Origin: Leptospiraceae bacterium
Lineage (GTDB): Bacteria; Spirochaetota; Leptospiria; Leptospirales; Leptonemataceae
Direction of reading: 5' to 3'
DNA length: 64,000 nucleotides
Assembly: GCA_040217195.1 (NCBI GenBank)
Contig: JAVJNR010000004.1
Span: forward strand, 864,001-928,000
Positions 50,005 to 60,921 of this stretch are shown here, piece after piece (positions within the stretch are counted from its first letter, which is position 1; each line of letters starts with the position of its first letter). Made by a program: the position numbers and the translations under genes. The notes under the pieces were generated by a model that ran no database searches, was not told the DNA's origin, and was given only the letters and a program-made list of their open reading frames with translations.

Positions 50005-50053
50005 ATTCTATAGAAACGCTGGACCTTGAGCCAGAGGGTGTTTCCATATTCCG

Positions 50054-50407
50054 GTGCGCATTTACCATACTTTACTTTCCCTGCTATTAACGGTGGCCGC
50101 TGTATTGCAGTGGAATGATCCAGACCCATTTTTCTGGATGTCCATGTATCTCATCCCAGCAGCACTTTCCGCCGGCGAAGCCTACCGGTGGTTAAATGAA
50201 AGGATTTTTCTTCGATTTCGAAGTGTTATCTGGCCAGTAATTTGCCTTGCAACTCTGTTCTATGGACTGAGTCAATTTCCAGGTCTTAAGCCACAGTGGT
50301 ACAACGATGAGGTTATCAGAGAAAGCGGAGGATTATTCTTGATTGCACTACATGCACTGATTTCCTACTGGTCGGTTCGAAACTCTGCGAATAAGAATCA
50401 GGATTAA
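50054..50407 (+). CDS. TMEM220-like membrane protein
   Basis: QWNDPDP..W...Y, E..RE.GGL. Confidence 0.8.
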   Translation: MRIYHTLLSLLLTVAAVLQWNDPDPFFWMSMYLIPAALSAGEAYRWLNERIFLRFRSVIWPVICLATLFYGLSQFPGLKPQWYNDEVIRESGGLFLIALHALISYWSVRNSANKNQD

Positions 50408-50412
50408 ATTTT

Positions 50413-52059
50413 ATGGCATACAATACATCCAGCTCATCCAGGAAAATCCTGGGAATCATAGAACTCAAAGGTAGAAAGGCGGCGCTAACCCCTCCAGGAT
50501 ATACTCCCAATCTGGACTATCCGTTCCGATTAATATCCATACTGGCGCTTCTGACCAGCCCTGTGGTCGGGTATTTCACTCATTGGTGGATTACCCCGGC
50601 GATGATTGCATCCGCCGCCTTTCTCTTTGGAATTCGCGAAATTTTTATTCAGGATGACCATGCCATTGTTCGCATCTATGGTCCGCTGGGCCGGTTAAGA
50701 TATTTGTTCGAAAGGGAGCTTCGAGACAAATATCTACAGTATTTCAACGAGACCAATACAAGTGGCCGGCCCATTCCCCGGATTGTCAGGGATTATGTGT
50801 ATCAAAAATCCAAAGGGATTAAACCCATGTCCAGCTTTGGTACAGAACTGGATCCATACGATGAGGAAACCACTACAGGCTGCCGGGTGTTGCACAGAAA
50901 CTTTCCTGGATCCATTGGTCAGCCCGGATACGAAGTGATTGTAGGCGAAAAGCGAAAGGGAGTAAAACCCTTTCATGTGCGTAACGTTGTCAATGTTTCG
51001 GCCATGAGCTATGGTTCCATTAACTACAAGGCAGCCGAATCGCTTAGCGTGGGCTCCCGGGGGGTAGCGTATGTAAATACCGGCGAAGGCGGATACGGCC
51101 CCCATGGAGTTGCGGGCAATGATGTAGTGTTTCAGATTGGGACAGCAAAATACGGAGTGGGAGATGCTATACAGCAGAACAATGGCCAGGTTACTAGAGT
51201 ACTGAACTATCAGGTTCTTAAAGAGCTGATTTCAAACCATGCAAACATTGGAATGATACAGCTAAAGATTTCCCAGGGAGCCAAGCCCGGCCTGGGAGGC
51301 CACCTACCGGGAGACAAGGTAACACCGGAGATTGCAGCGGTGCGTAGAATTCCGGCCCATAAGACATCCATTAGCCCCTCCCAGCATGCAGAGATTCAAT
51401 CCGCCAGTTCCCGGGAGACAGTGGCAAAGCTGATGGATTTCATAGACTCCATACGGAAAGCTACGGAATTGCCTGTGGGCCTCAAAATGTGCCTGGGTAA
51501 TCCGGAAGAAGTGGAACTATTATGCCAGGCCATGAAAAAGACCGGCAAAGGGCCCGATGCCATTCAGCTGGATGGCTCGGATGGAGGTACCGGTGCAGGC
51601 CCCAATCTATTTATGAACTACGTGGGCTATGGAAGTGCCATCGAAAGCTGCGCTCTATTGCATCGCAGGTTAACTCAACTTAAGATCCGCGATCAAGTTG
51701 TAATCAGCGTTTCCGGGCGAATCTTCACTCCAATACATGCAGCCCTGGCATTTGCTTCCGGGGCAGAAATCATTGATAGTGCCAGAGGACCCATGCTGGC
51801 CCTGGGTTGCATTCAATCTCTGAAGTGCCATACAAATCACTGCCCCACAGGAATTGCAACGAATCAGCCATGGAGAGTTAGAGGTCTGGATATTCCGGAA
51901 AAATCCACCAGGGTTTACCATTTCTTAACTGGATTTCACCAGGATATGATGGATATTACAAGAATAACAGGCCACCTGGATCCAAGAGATATCCGACCTT
52001 CGGATTTGCGTTTAATTCGGGGCCAGTATGCGAATATGGAAGAGTATTTTCAAGTTTGA
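50413..52059 (+). CDS. FMN-binding glutamate synthase family protein (stand-alone)
   Basis: SAMSYGS, NTGEGG, KISQGAKPG.GG.LP, DG..GGTGA, CIQSLKCHTNHCPTG. Confidence 0.92.
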   Translation: MAYNTSSSSRKILGIIELKGRKAALTPPGYTPNLDYPFRLISILALLTSPVVGYFTHWWITPAMIASAAFLFGIREIFIQDDHAIVRIYGPLGRLRYLFERELRDKYLQYFNETNTSGRPIPRIVRDYVYQKSKGIKPMSSFGTELDPYDEETTTGCRVLHRNFPGSIGQPGYEVIVGEKRKGVKPFHVRNVVNVSAMSYGSINYKAAESLSVGSRGVAYVNTGEGGYGPHGVAGNDVVFQIGTAKYGVGDAIQQNNGQVTRVLNYQVLKELISNHANIGMIQLKISQGAKPGLGGHLPGDKVTPEIAAVRRIPAHKTSISPSQHAEIQSASSRETVAKLMDFIDSIRKATELPVGLKMCLGNPEEVELLCQAMKKTGKGPDAIQLDGSDGGTGAGPNLFMNYVGYGSAIESCALLHRRLTQLKIRDQVVISVSGRIFTPIHAALAFASGAEIIDSARGPMLALGCIQSLKCHTNHCPTGIATNQPWRVRGLDIPEKSTRVYHFLTGFHQDMMDITRITGHLDPRDIRPSDLRLIRGQYANMEEYFQV

Positions 52060-52181
52060 TGGAAACCAGAGATAGGCTGCGGTGAGCCCGTTCAATTGAA
52101 ATCCGGGGACAGACACCGGGATGGAATCGGTAAACTAAGACTGATTTCGGTCAGCTCTATTGAAAGGTAGTGCAAGAATTC

Positions 52182-52218
52182 ATGCTGATCATTCGATAAT
52201 TTATGCTGATCATTCGAT
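52182..52218. repeat. Exact 16-bp direct repeat, 21-bp period
   Basis: ATGCTGATCATTCGAT at 52182-52197 and 52203-52218. Confidence 0.9.
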
Positions 52219-52303
52219 CTATCATCTTGCCCGGTCAAATACAGGTCACTTCTTTGAATTCCAGGGATACTTCGAATTGCCGGCGGTTCCGGCGACAGAA
52301 AGT

Positions 52304-53410
52304 CTAGCTAATCGGTGAAGCCTGATTGTTTACTGCTTCGGTTAGTTGATCCACTTCAAAAACTTTTACAGAACCTTTCTTGCCGCGAAGCATATAATCG
52401 CCAGCCATACGAAGAGAATTGGACTCTTCCAGGCCTCGGGCCGTGTTTTCATCTATCAGTAGATCTACATGCTTTTCTTTTGTAAGATCCTGGATTCTTG
52501 CAGCCGTGTTAACCGGATCGCCCATGACTGCGTATTTCAGCCTTTGATAGGAGCCAATGTTTCCAGCGAAGATCTTTCCGGTGGCTATTCCCATACCATA
52601 GTGAACTCCATCTTCCTGAAGCTCGGGAGGCAGATACTTTTCATTGTACTTGCGCATCAGCTTGCGAATAGCTCTGGCTGCATCCACGGCATTGGCAGCA
52701 TCCCGACCAGTAGGATCCGGACATCCAAAAGTAGCCAGAATACCATCCCCGAGAAGCTCATTCACAGAGCCGTGGTTTTCGAAAATCAGATCCATGATCC
52801 GACCAAATAGATCGCTTATGAATTCAGCATACTTCTGAGGGCCAATCCGCTCAGCGATGGTTGTGGATCCTCGCACATCGTAGAACATTACGCTGGCTTC
52901 CAGAGTCTTTCCGCCCAGTTCAGACGAGATCTCTTCGCTCAAAATCTTATCTACAATGTCACGGGAAAAATATCGGAGGAGACGCTGTTTATCATGTTCC
53001 AATCGCTGATTCAGTTCATGAATTTTACGACGATAACTCAGAAGTTCCAGAGCTTGCTGAATTCGCATGCTAAGATCAGCAAGCTGAATAGGTTTCTTGA
53101 TGAAGTCGCTGGCACCGGTGGACATACCAACAATTCGAATTTCATCAGAATCGTCAGCGCTCATTATAAACACTGGCACCGATACAGATTTGTCGTGGGC
53201 CCGAATTCGTTTTAAGACTTCCAGGCCTGGAAGCTTCGGTAAAAAAATATCCAGCAATACCAGGTCCGGATCAAACTTTTCCATTTCTTCCAGGGCTTCT
53301 GGGCCATCCGGAGCAACCTTTGTTTCATAGCCCCATTGACTCAGGAAGCGGTCCAGCAATGCGGACTGATCCGGGTCGTCTTCTACAATTAGAATTTTGG
53401 ATTGGGCCAT
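52304..53410 (-). CDS. Response regulator receiver fused to class III adenylate/guanylate cyclase
   Basis: REC VEDD...LDI...KP; FYDVRGST, LGDG, GNIGS, GDPVNTAAR. Confidence 0.93.
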   Translation of the reverse strand: MAQSKILIVEDDPDQSALLDRFLSQWGYETKVAPDGPEALEEMEKFDPDLVLLDIFLPKLPGLEVLKRIRAHDKSVSVPVFIMSADDSDEIRIVGMSTGASDFIKKPIQLADLSMRIQQALELLSYRRKIHELNQRLEHDKQRLLRYFSRDIVDKILSEEISSELGGKTLEASVMFYDVRGSTTIAERIGPQKYAEFISDLFGRIMDLIFENHGSVNELLGDGILATFGCPDPTGRDAANAVDAARAIRKLMRKYNEKYLPPELQEDGVHYGMGIATGKIFAGNIGSYQRLKYAVMGDPVNTAARIQDLTKEKHVDLLIDENTARGLEESNSLRMAGDYMLRGKKGSVKVFEVDQLTEAVNNQASPIS

Positions 53411-53415
53411 AAAAA

Positions 53416-54243
53416 TTAGCCAGCTGCTAACTGGAAATATGGATGCGATCTATATCGCTGAAGCTGTTGTTCGCTAATGATTTTTTCAAAAGGATCTGCC
53501 TGATCACCGGAGCTCGCATACACTTCTTGAACGGCACTTCGAGCTTTTGTGTCCAGAGGAATGCCGGCCCCGGCCTGGCCCAGAGCTGCAGAAAGTACAG
53601 TAATCTTACCCAGGTCGTCGGATCCACTCAGATCCGTGACAGTCAATTGCATGCTGTGCAACAATGACTCTGGAAGGTTCCACTTTCGAGCCGCTTCCTG
53701 ACCGGCTTCGGAATGGTTGGTTCCGTAGGAGGACTGCTCCAGATCCCTGAGATCAAATCCATTTTGCTCAGCTTGTTCAATCAGGAAGGAATAGTGATCG
53801 CCTTTGTTTAGAGCCAGAATACTCATTCCAATGTTATAGAGCAGTCCCGACAGAAAGGCTTCTTCGGCCAGTTCAGGATGCTTGAAACGCTTGGCCACCT
53901 CTTCAGCAATAAGGGCCGAGAGTACGGGATACTCGGTAAGATATTTCTTGAATACAGGGCTTTTTAGATCTGTGGCAATTTGCCTGGTACTGATAAAGAT
54001 AATCAGGTTCTTAAGTGCTTTCAGTCCTAGCAAAGTGATTGCATCACGCATTACCTTTACTCGACCGGAGCGGCCGTAGTAAGCTGAATTGGCCACCCGC
54101 AAAATCTCGCTGCAAATTCCCCGGTCCGGGGCAATCAACTTCTCCACTTCCCCGGCACTGGAATCCGGAGAATCTGTATCATATTTCATGATCTCCATAA
54201 CTACCTGAGGTAGTGGAGGAATGACGAGATTGGAATCGCTCAT
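53416..54243 (-). CDS. HDOD domain protein
   Basis: IPPLPQV, ILRVANSAYY, AITLLG, AFLSGLL..IG, H...G..AA.KWNLP; ATG 54243 with GGAGA upstream. Confidence 0.9.
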   Translation of the reverse strand: MSDSNLVIPPLPQVVMEIMKYDTDSPDSSAGEVEKLIAPDRGICSEILRVANSAYYGRSGRVKVMRDAITLLGLKALKNLIIFISTRQIATDLKSPVFKKYLTEYPVLSALIAEEVAKRFKHPELAEEAFLSGLLYNIGMSILALNKGDHYSFLIEQAEQNGFDLRDLEQSSYGTNHSEAGQEAARKWNLPESLLHSMQLTVTDLSGSDDLGKITVLSAALGQAGAGIPLDTKARSAVQEVYASSGDQADPFEKIISEQQLQRYRSHPYFQLAAG

Positions 54244-54518
54244 GCTGTCAGTTCTCCTGGCTGTAGAGGGAGAAACAATAAAATTTCCCGGGTACACCTG
54301 CAACAGATTACAGGTCCGGAATCTACGCCCTGCAGAGTATACAATGTGGCCTTCCGCAAGACTCAGTTTCTGCCAGCCCTTAAAATCCATATCCGGAGCA
54401 GTAATTTCTCCAAATATTCGGGGTGACTACCGGCCAGATGATCGAAAAAATCCCCACCTTTCCGCCAGGAGTGGCTGAATCCTGCATATCCAGGGGGTCG
54501 ATACTCTATAGAAGAGTT

Positions 54519-56318
54519 ATGCCCTCTCTGGAATTACCAGCCGCTCTGATCACATGTTTGATTTTCTACGCAGTCTACTACAATCGGCTGGGTCGAGTCC
54601 GGTCATTTGTGGCTGTGGCCGAGGCATTTCTGGCCGGGGCCGTAATTGCTCTGGCCCTACTTCTACTTTCCCCGTATACATCGCAGCGAATGGAGATGCT
54701 CACTCCATTCACCCAGGGCTTCTTATTGGCGGCTCTGCCGGAGAAATTTCTGGGCTTACTGGCTCTGGTCTACATGATGATTCGCGATCGCAGCGAGATG
54801 TCGGTAAAAAATACAATCGGCTATGCGATCCTGATAGGCGCTGGATTTTCCTTTGTAGAGAACATCGCCTATTCCTGGATCTACGGAAGCCAGATCGTGT
54901 ATCTTAGATTGTTTAGCTCGGTTTCCATGCATTTAACCAGTATGGGCATCATGGGATTTTTCCTGGGTCTGGGATATATACGGGAGCGAAAGAGCTGGAT
55001 ATTCTTTCTGGTTGCCTTTTTCATTCCGTTCTTGCTCCACGGAATCTTTGATTACAGCATCCTTTCTGGAGGTTCCTGGAATTACACCATTCCGCTTCAT
55101 ATTCTGTTGCCTGTATTCTTTGTGGAAGCGGCCATCTCCCGGGCGCAAACCTTGCCACAAAAAGGTGAGCTGGAAAAAGATGGAATTTGGTTTGAAGAAT
55201 GGGCCTTGCTGGATCGTCAAAAAGGCTATGAAAAATGGATTCTGGCCTCCACGGACCAGATAAAGAGCTCGGCTTCCTTCTTTCGCTTACCGCCAGGTGC
55301 TTTAAAAAATGTACTGGCAATTTGCGTTTTGGTCCTGCCGGCACTTGTATTCATTGAACCAGAGCTAATCCCGCTGAAAGTAACTATCAGCTATTCAATG
55401 TACATGGCACTGTTCGTGTTGCTGCCAGCTTCTGTTGGAATTTCAATTCTGACCATTGGCTCTGTCAATCCGGAGTTCTTTAAAGGTCGCTTGATTCGCA
55501 TCCCGATTGTACTGGACTGGGAAGTATTCGAAGAAGGAATTCCGGCCCCGGTGCACTCAGGAATTTCATATGAGCTCAGCGGTGCATCGCTTTATCTTCG
55601 TGGAAATGTAGAGTCTGGAGATGAAAGGCAGGTTCAGTTTCGCTTTGACCGAATCGCCAGTCCCTCGGTGGGCTACGAAACCGTAGAACTGTCAGACGAG
55701 ACTAGCTCTGCCGATGGACAACTCATTCGCCTTGACCGGGACGTTCCAGGATTTCGTGCATTTCAACGTCGATATCGCATACGCAGGCTTTTATGGGGGC
55801 TGTTCTATTTCTTTCATTTTCCTGGCTCGGAAGGGTTTCGCAAACTGTTTATTAAGCCCAGGACCATTACTCAGACACGTAGAAGTTATGAGGCAGGTGA
55901 TGTTGTTTTTCTTGAAGGAGATCCGGCGCGAAGGTTTTACCTGGTTGAAAAAGGTAAAGTCCAGATTCTGAGGGATACCAGGACCGGGCCGGTGGCGCTT
56001 TCCACTGTGGAAGAAGGGGAAATCTTTGGAGAGATGGCCCTGGTACATGGGGAGGCCAGGAGTGCAACGGCTATCTGTATGACTGATACGATCCTTTCTT
56101 CGGCTCTCTCTGACCACCTGGAGTCCCTGATTGAAGCCAATCCAGAATTCGCTTCTACTCTAATTCGCACATTGGTCATGAGACTAATCCATTCGGAAGA
56201 GGCATTTCTGGAAAAATTAAGATCGCTAGAGATTGATGACCGAGACCAATGGCTGCACAGGGAAGAACAAGGCGATGTCACGGAGAATAAGAAGAAAAGG
56301 AAAAAGAAGGGCAAGTAG
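54519..56318 (+). CDS. PrsW-like intramembrane protease fused to a C-terminal cNMP-binding domain
   Basis: AALPEK, GAGFSFVEN, SMH, LLHGIFD; cNMP domain VFLEGD...FY.V.KG.V...FGEMAL...RSATA. Confidence 0.8.
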   Translation: MPSLELPAALITCLIFYAVYYNRLGRVRSFVAVAEAFLAGAVIALALLLLSPYTSQRMEMLTPFTQGFLLAALPEKFLGLLALVYMMIRDRSEMSVKNTIGYAILIGAGFSFVENIAYSWIYGSQIVYLRLFSSVSMHLTSMGIMGFFLGLGYIRERKSWIFFLVAFFIPFLLHGIFDYSILSGGSWNYTIPLHILLPVFFVEAAISRAQTLPQKGELEKDGIWFEEWALLDRQKGYEKWILASTDQIKSSASFFRLPPGALKNVLAICVLVLPALVFIEPELIPLKVTISYSMYMALFVLLPASVGISILTIGSVNPEFFKGRLIRIPIVLDWEVFEEGIPAPVHSGISYELSGASLYLRGNVESGDERQVQFRFDRIASPSVGYETVELSDETSSADGQLIRLDRDVPGFRAFQRRYRIRRLLWGLFYFFHFPGSEGFRKLFIKPRTITQTRRSYEAGDVVFLEGDPARRFYLVEKGKVQILRDTRTGPVALSTVEEGEIFGEMALVHGEARSATAICMTDTILSSALSDHLESLIEANPEFASTLIRTLVMRLIHSEEAFLEKLRSLEIDDRDQWLHREEQGDVTENKKKRKKKGK

Positions 56319-56366
56319 CCGGAATTCTTGACAGGGCCCATGAAACCGGAGATCTCTGGCTGACCA

Positions 56367-57701
56367 ATGAATTTTCAGGAACCGCTACTGGATCTGGAAA
56401 CCTTCGAAGAAAGGTTCATAGAGGCAAACCGGGGAAAGCCCCTTTTCTTAATACGCTTTCAGAATGTGCAGGGTATGGATGTGGAAGGCTTCCTCACGTA
56501 CCTTCGAAATGAAGTTCATAGCATCCTGAACCTCACCGACGTAGAGTTCTGTTTTCATCTAATGGACCACAGTACTTTGCTGATGGGAATTACTCCCTAC
56601 TCCAGCTGGCGTGGGCGAGATTTTCCCAACATCGATAGTGCAGTAGGCCGCTTCCATGATGAGTGTGCCAGCAATCGAGTTTGCCTATTTGACTTTGGAG
56701 TGGCCCGGACACAGTGCAATTATATTTCCGATTCGCAGGAGATATTGCAGGAATTGCTCCAGGCATCCCAGAAGAATTTAAAAGATAACCTCACTCGCTG
56801 GAGCTGGACCTATTTCAATCGGGCCAATACCTACATCGCAGGCGCCGCCAATGAAGCGATGATACAGCCCACAGTTTCCTATGATCCTCATAAAAAAACT
56901 TTCACGGTTAAGGGTGGCGAGGTATTCGTTGGCGGCGGCCTCTATCAAAGTTACAGAGAATTGATTCAGGACATCCCGGACGATCAAGATCTGAACCGAA
57001 TTGAACTTCTGATTCTGGAAAAACTGATAGTTGCATGCGAGAAAGCACCGGGATTGCTAAAGTTTAACATCTCTCCTCAGTCCTTGATTGATACTTTTTC
57101 CCAGCCAGATAAAGTGCAACGTCTGCAGAAACTCTGGGGCAATATGAGTCTGGAATCCAGAAATATTCGCTTCGAGCTGGTCGAAAAGCCCTACGAGGAA
57201 CATCAGTATTCATTGAAAGATGTATGCGAACATTTCTGGAAATGCGGAGTCAGCTTTGCCGCCGATGACTTTGGCGTAAAAAGCCAGAGTCATCAGGTGG
57301 TGCTTGAACTGGGAATCATGATCAAGGAATTCAAGCTGGACCCTATTAGCTTTCGGTTTAAAGCAAATGAAGATCAAATCAAATTCCTGGACAACCTGGC
57401 TTTCATCGACTATTGCAAACGCCTGGCCGATAACCGGGAAGCGATGATTACTGCAGAAGCCGTGGAAGATTTTGATACTCTACAATTCTTGATGGAGCAT
57501 CAGATCTATCAGTATCAGAGTAATATTTTCTGCGGCAAAATGCCCATAGATCAATACAAAGCGGAATTTGCATCCATGAGCGATCTTCCGGAAGCCGTGG
57601 TAAAAGAAATCGTAGATGAACGTGGACCACAGATGTGGAATGATCACTCGTCTAATATTTTTGAACTGGCAAGAAGCCGGGGACAACTGCCCGGGAGATA
57701 A
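56367..57701 (+). CDS. Atypical EAL domain protein
   Basis: QP, GGEVF, FNISP, FELVE, ADDFG, EFKLD, TAEAVE, Q. Confidence 0.8.
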   Translation: MNFQEPLLDLETFEERFIEANRGKPLFLIRFQNVQGMDVEGFLTYLRNEVHSILNLTDVEFCFHLMDHSTLLMGITPYSSWRGRDFPNIDSAVGRFHDECASNRVCLFDFGVARTQCNYISDSQEILQELLQASQKNLKDNLTRWSWTYFNRANTYIAGAANEAMIQPTVSYDPHKKTFTVKGGEVFVGGGLYQSYRELIQDIPDDQDLNRIELLILEKLIVACEKAPGLLKFNISPQSLIDTFSQPDKVQRLQKLWGNMSLESRNIRFELVEKPYEEHQYSLKDVCEHFWKCGVSFAADDFGVKSQSHQVVLELGIMIKEFKLDPISFRFKANEDQIKFLDNLAFIDYCKRLADNREAMITAEAVEDFDTLQFLMEHQIYQYQSNIFCGKMPIDQYKAEFASMSDLPEAVVKEIVDERGPQMWNDHSSNIFELARSRGQLPGR

Positions 57702-57709
57702 ATGGAACG

Positions 57710-60085
57710 ATGCTTCCAGAATTCAGGTTTGCTCGGCAGTTGCAAGTTCTCCTGCCCTTTGCTCTTCTAGTATCATTGATTCTACCCGCCCATTCACTTC
57801 GCTCCGAGACAAGCGATTCGCACTGTACACCACTGCCAGATCTTTCTACGGGGGAGGTAATGGTATCTGACCTACGAGGTCATTATTTTGCAGAAGAGCG
57901 GCCTCTGGATGTGGATTCTTTACCTCCATTGGCCGAATGGACTGGTAGTAGCCTGGAAAACTTTCATCGCGGATTCAGCTCACCCTTCTGGGTACACTTC
58001 TGTCTTCAGAATACTTCTTCCGATGCCTGGTTCGGAGAATTCCTGATCATGAATGCATTTCTTGAATCCCTGGAAATCTACACTGGAAACAACAATGAAT
58101 GGAAGCAGGAGACATTGGAGCAGAATCGTTTTCTGTCTATGAATATTGCAGTACAGAAGCAATCCACTACCAATTACTTGATTCGATTCAGTGAAAAGCT
58201 TCCGGCTCGTTTACCTATGGTCATTCAGGCGGGCAAAGTAAATCTTTCGCAGCTTCGCTTCATGGATGGCATCGTTCTGGGCGCAGTCTTTATTATCACC
58301 CTGTACAGTCTGAGCATCTGGCTTTTTTCCAGAGAGATTGATTATATCTTTTACTCTGTCCTGCTCATGCTCTTTTTGCTGCATCGCTCTTTTTTTCAAG
58401 GACTTGCAAATGAAGTAATGCCACTGGAAATTCTGGAATACAGGCTGGAAATCGCACTTTCAGCAATTTGCGGTCTGTACATGTTCCTGTTTTTCTGGCT
58501 TAGCTCCTTTGCAAAAGATGCGATACAGAACACAATCTGGGCAAAAATCTCTCCCATAGCAGCCAGCGCATTCCTTGTAGTACTGCTGGCCAGCTGGTTC
58601 ATTCCATATCGCATAAACCAGCTGGTCTACGTTGTAATGATTCCGGCCACCTTGCTAGTCTCCGTATTGAGTTTTGCAGCCCTGGGCAAGGGATTCCAGC
58701 CAGCCAGGTTCTTTTTTGTGGCGAATCTCGGTTATCCTCTGGCCGCACTTCTGGGCTATCTGGTTCAGGATAGTAGCGAAAATGTGCCGGCTTTGATCGT
58801 TTTGCATTTTCTGGACATTGGTATACTTTACCAGGTGGCCTTTCTTTCACTGGCCATTGCCGATAAGATCCGCTTTCGCAATGAAAATCGCGAGGCCGGT
58901 CTGGAACAGATGGTAGCAGATCGAACAATCAATCTTCAGCGAATGGTGGAAGAGAAAGTTGAAGCACAGCGAAAGGCTGAACATGCATCTCAAAGTAAAT
59001 CCGAATTTCTGGCAAATATGAGCCATGAGATTCGCACACCCATGAATGCATTGCTTGGAACTGCAGAATTACTTGCATTCACTGATTTAACCGAAGAGCA
59101 GCGAAGACACTTACAGGTATTTCAGAAAGCAGGGAGAACCCTGTTAAATATTCTTAACGATATTCTGGATATTTCGCGCATCGAATCCGAAAGAATTGAG
59201 ATCGAAACGGAAGCATTTTCTCCCACAGAGCTACTGAGTACACTGGAGCTCACATATGCGCCGCCAAAGGGACATCCGGTGGAGCTCCGGTTCAGGGGCC
59301 AGGCCCTACCGCCCAGGTTGCTGGGAGATCCTCATCGTCTGTTTCAAATAGCGGGCAACCTGGTATCCAATGCATTGAAGTTCACTGACCATGGCTGGGT
59401 AGAGGTGCGGGCACGATATACAGATGCCGGGATCTTTGTTCTGGAAGTCCAGGATACTGGAATTGGAATAGCAGAAGAGAAGCAGACCCGGCTATTTCAG
59501 CGATTTTTTCAGATCAGGGAAGGACAGAAGTCCACTGTTTCGGGAACTGGCCTGGGCCTGAGCATCTGTCATTCTCTAGTTCAGCGAATGGCAGGAAAGA
59601 TTGAGCTGGAAAGCTCGAAAGGTAATGGAAGTCTGTTCAGGGTACAAATCCCCATGCCTGAAGCATCTCCTGGCCTGGAGGAAGTAAGTGTTCCACAAAA
59701 CGATGGCGAAATCCGAGAACTGAAAATTCTGGCCGTAGATGACAATCCGGACAATCTTTATCTCCTGGAACGATTGCTGCAGAAGCAAGGGCATAAGACA
59801 ATCGCCACCACTCGAGGGGATGAAGCCCTGCATCTAATCACGGAGGACTGGTTTGATCTGGTAATCCTGGATATTCAAATGCCAGAAATGGATGGATTCG
59901 AATTACTTCAGCGCATTCGCGCCCAGGATCTGCTCCCGGCCGATTGCCCTATTGCTGCTATCACAGCGTATGCGGCCGCGGAAGATAAAAATCGGATTCT
60001 TGCTTCGGGCTTCCAGGCGTATCTGTCCAAGCCCATCAGCTCCAGAACCCTTCGGCAGATGATTCAAACGCTATTCAGCAGCTAA
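57710..60085 (+). CDS. 7TM-DISM hybrid histidine kinase
   Basis: DISMED2-like N-domain, 7 [34 protein letters not shown]...LDIQMP...KP. Confidence 0.93.
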   Translation: MLPEFRFARQLQVLLPFALLVSLILPAHSLRSETSDSHCTPLPDLSTGEVMVSDLRGHYFAEERPLDVDSLPPLAEWTGSSLENFHRGFSSPFWVHFCLQNTSSDAWFGEFLIMNAFLESLEIYTGNNNEWKQETLEQNRFLSMNIAVQKQSTTNYLIRFSEKLPARLPMVIQAGKVNLSQLRFMDGIVLGAVFIITLYSLSIWLFSREIDYIFYSVLLMLFLLHRSFFQGLANEVMPLEILEYRLEIALSAICGLYMFLFFWLSSFAKDAIQNTIWAKISPIAASAFLVVLLASWFIPYRINQLVYVVMIPATLLVSVLSFAALGKGFQPARFFFVANLGYPLAALLGYLVQDSSENVPALIVLHFLDIGILYQVAFLSLAIADKIRFRNENREAGLEQMVADRTINLQRMVEEKVEAQRKAEHASQSKSEFLANMSHEIRTPMNALLGTAELLAFTDLTEEQRRHLQVFQKAGRTLLNILNDILDISRIESERIEIETEAFSPTELLSTLELTYAPPKGHPVELRFRGQALPPRLLGDPHRLFQIAGNLVSNALKFTDHGWVEVRARYTDAGIFVLEVQDTGIGIAEEKQTRLFQRFFQIREGQKSTVSGTGLGLSICHSLVQRMAGKIELESSKGNGSLFRVQIPMPEASPGLEEVSVPQNDGEIRELKILAVDDNPDNLYLLERLLQKQGHKTIATTRGDEALHLITEDWFDLVILDIQMPEMDGFELLQRIRAQDLLPADCPIAAITAYAAAEDKNRILASGFQAYLSKPISSRTLRQMIQTLFSS

Positions 60086-60141
60086 AACACCGATTCGGCT
60101 CAATGCAGGACAGCACCGACTCACATTCTCGGGAAATTCAC

Positions 60142-60169
60142 TTGACCATGGAGTAGAACGTGCTACCAT
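60142..60169 (+). promoter_or_regulatory. sigma70-type promoter of carD operon
   Basis: TTGACC-16bp-TACCAT with extended TG. Confidence 0.5.
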
Positions 60170-60198
60170 AGACGTTTAAGAGCTATTCTGGACGAATT

Positions 60199-60810
60199 AT
60201 GCCCCAGGCAAAGAGTAAAACCGCCAAAAAGAAGACAGCAAAGAAAGCTGCAAAGAAGAAGGTCAGCGCTAAAAAGACCGCGGCCCCTAAAGCAAAGAAG
60301 AAAAGCAGCACTTCCGCTAAGAAGGCGGACACGGACTTTACTGTAGGAGATTATGTTGTTTATCCCATGCACGGAGTGGGAGAGATTTCCGCCGTGCAAA
60401 ATCAGAACATCCTTGGAAAGCGAACCCTCTGTTACATCCTTGAGATAGAAAATAGCAAGATGAAGGTTATGATCCCTGTAGAAAGCGCCAAGGAGCGCGG
60501 CATCAGGCCTATCATTCAGAAAAAGGACGTAAAGAAGGTTCTGGATTTATTAAAGAAGGATGAAGTGGACACAGAAGAGGACTGGAAGATCCGCTATCAG
60601 AATAACCAGAATAAGATTCGATCTGGTTCTATCTATTCGGTGGCGGAGGTGTGCAGAAACCTCTACAAACGTGCCCGGGATAAAGAACTTTCGCTCATGG
60701 AGCGCCGGCTTTATGAGCTGGCTTACTCATTGATTACAAGCGAACTCGCCCTAGCCAGGTCCATTTCTACGGAAGAGGCTAGCAACCTCATATCCGAAGT
60801 ACTCTCCTGA
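60199..60810 (+). CDS. carD: CarD family transcription factor with Lys/Ala-rich N-tail
   Basis: [33 protein letters not shown]. Confidence 0.92.
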   Translation: MPQAKSKTAKKKTAKKAAKKKVSAKKTAAPKAKKKSSTSAKKADTDFTVGDYVVYPMHGVGEISAVQNQNILGKRTLCYILEIENSKMKVMIPVESAKERGIRPIIQKKDVKKVLDLLKKDEVDTEEDWKIRYQNNQNKIRSGSIYSVAEVCRNLYKRARDKELSLMERRLYELAYSLITSELALARSISTEEASNLISEVLS

Positions 60811-60921
60811 TTCGTCCATAGCTCAAATCGGCCAACTGGTCGACACCGGTATATCCGGGCGGCATGGCCGCAAGAAAGCATCCACTGATGGGTGTGAATT
60901 TCATTTGGAAGGGTTTGAGTT

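Noticed and set aside
52182..52218. Mini CRISPR array
   Set aside because: Only two 16-bp units with a 5-bp spacer and no cas genes
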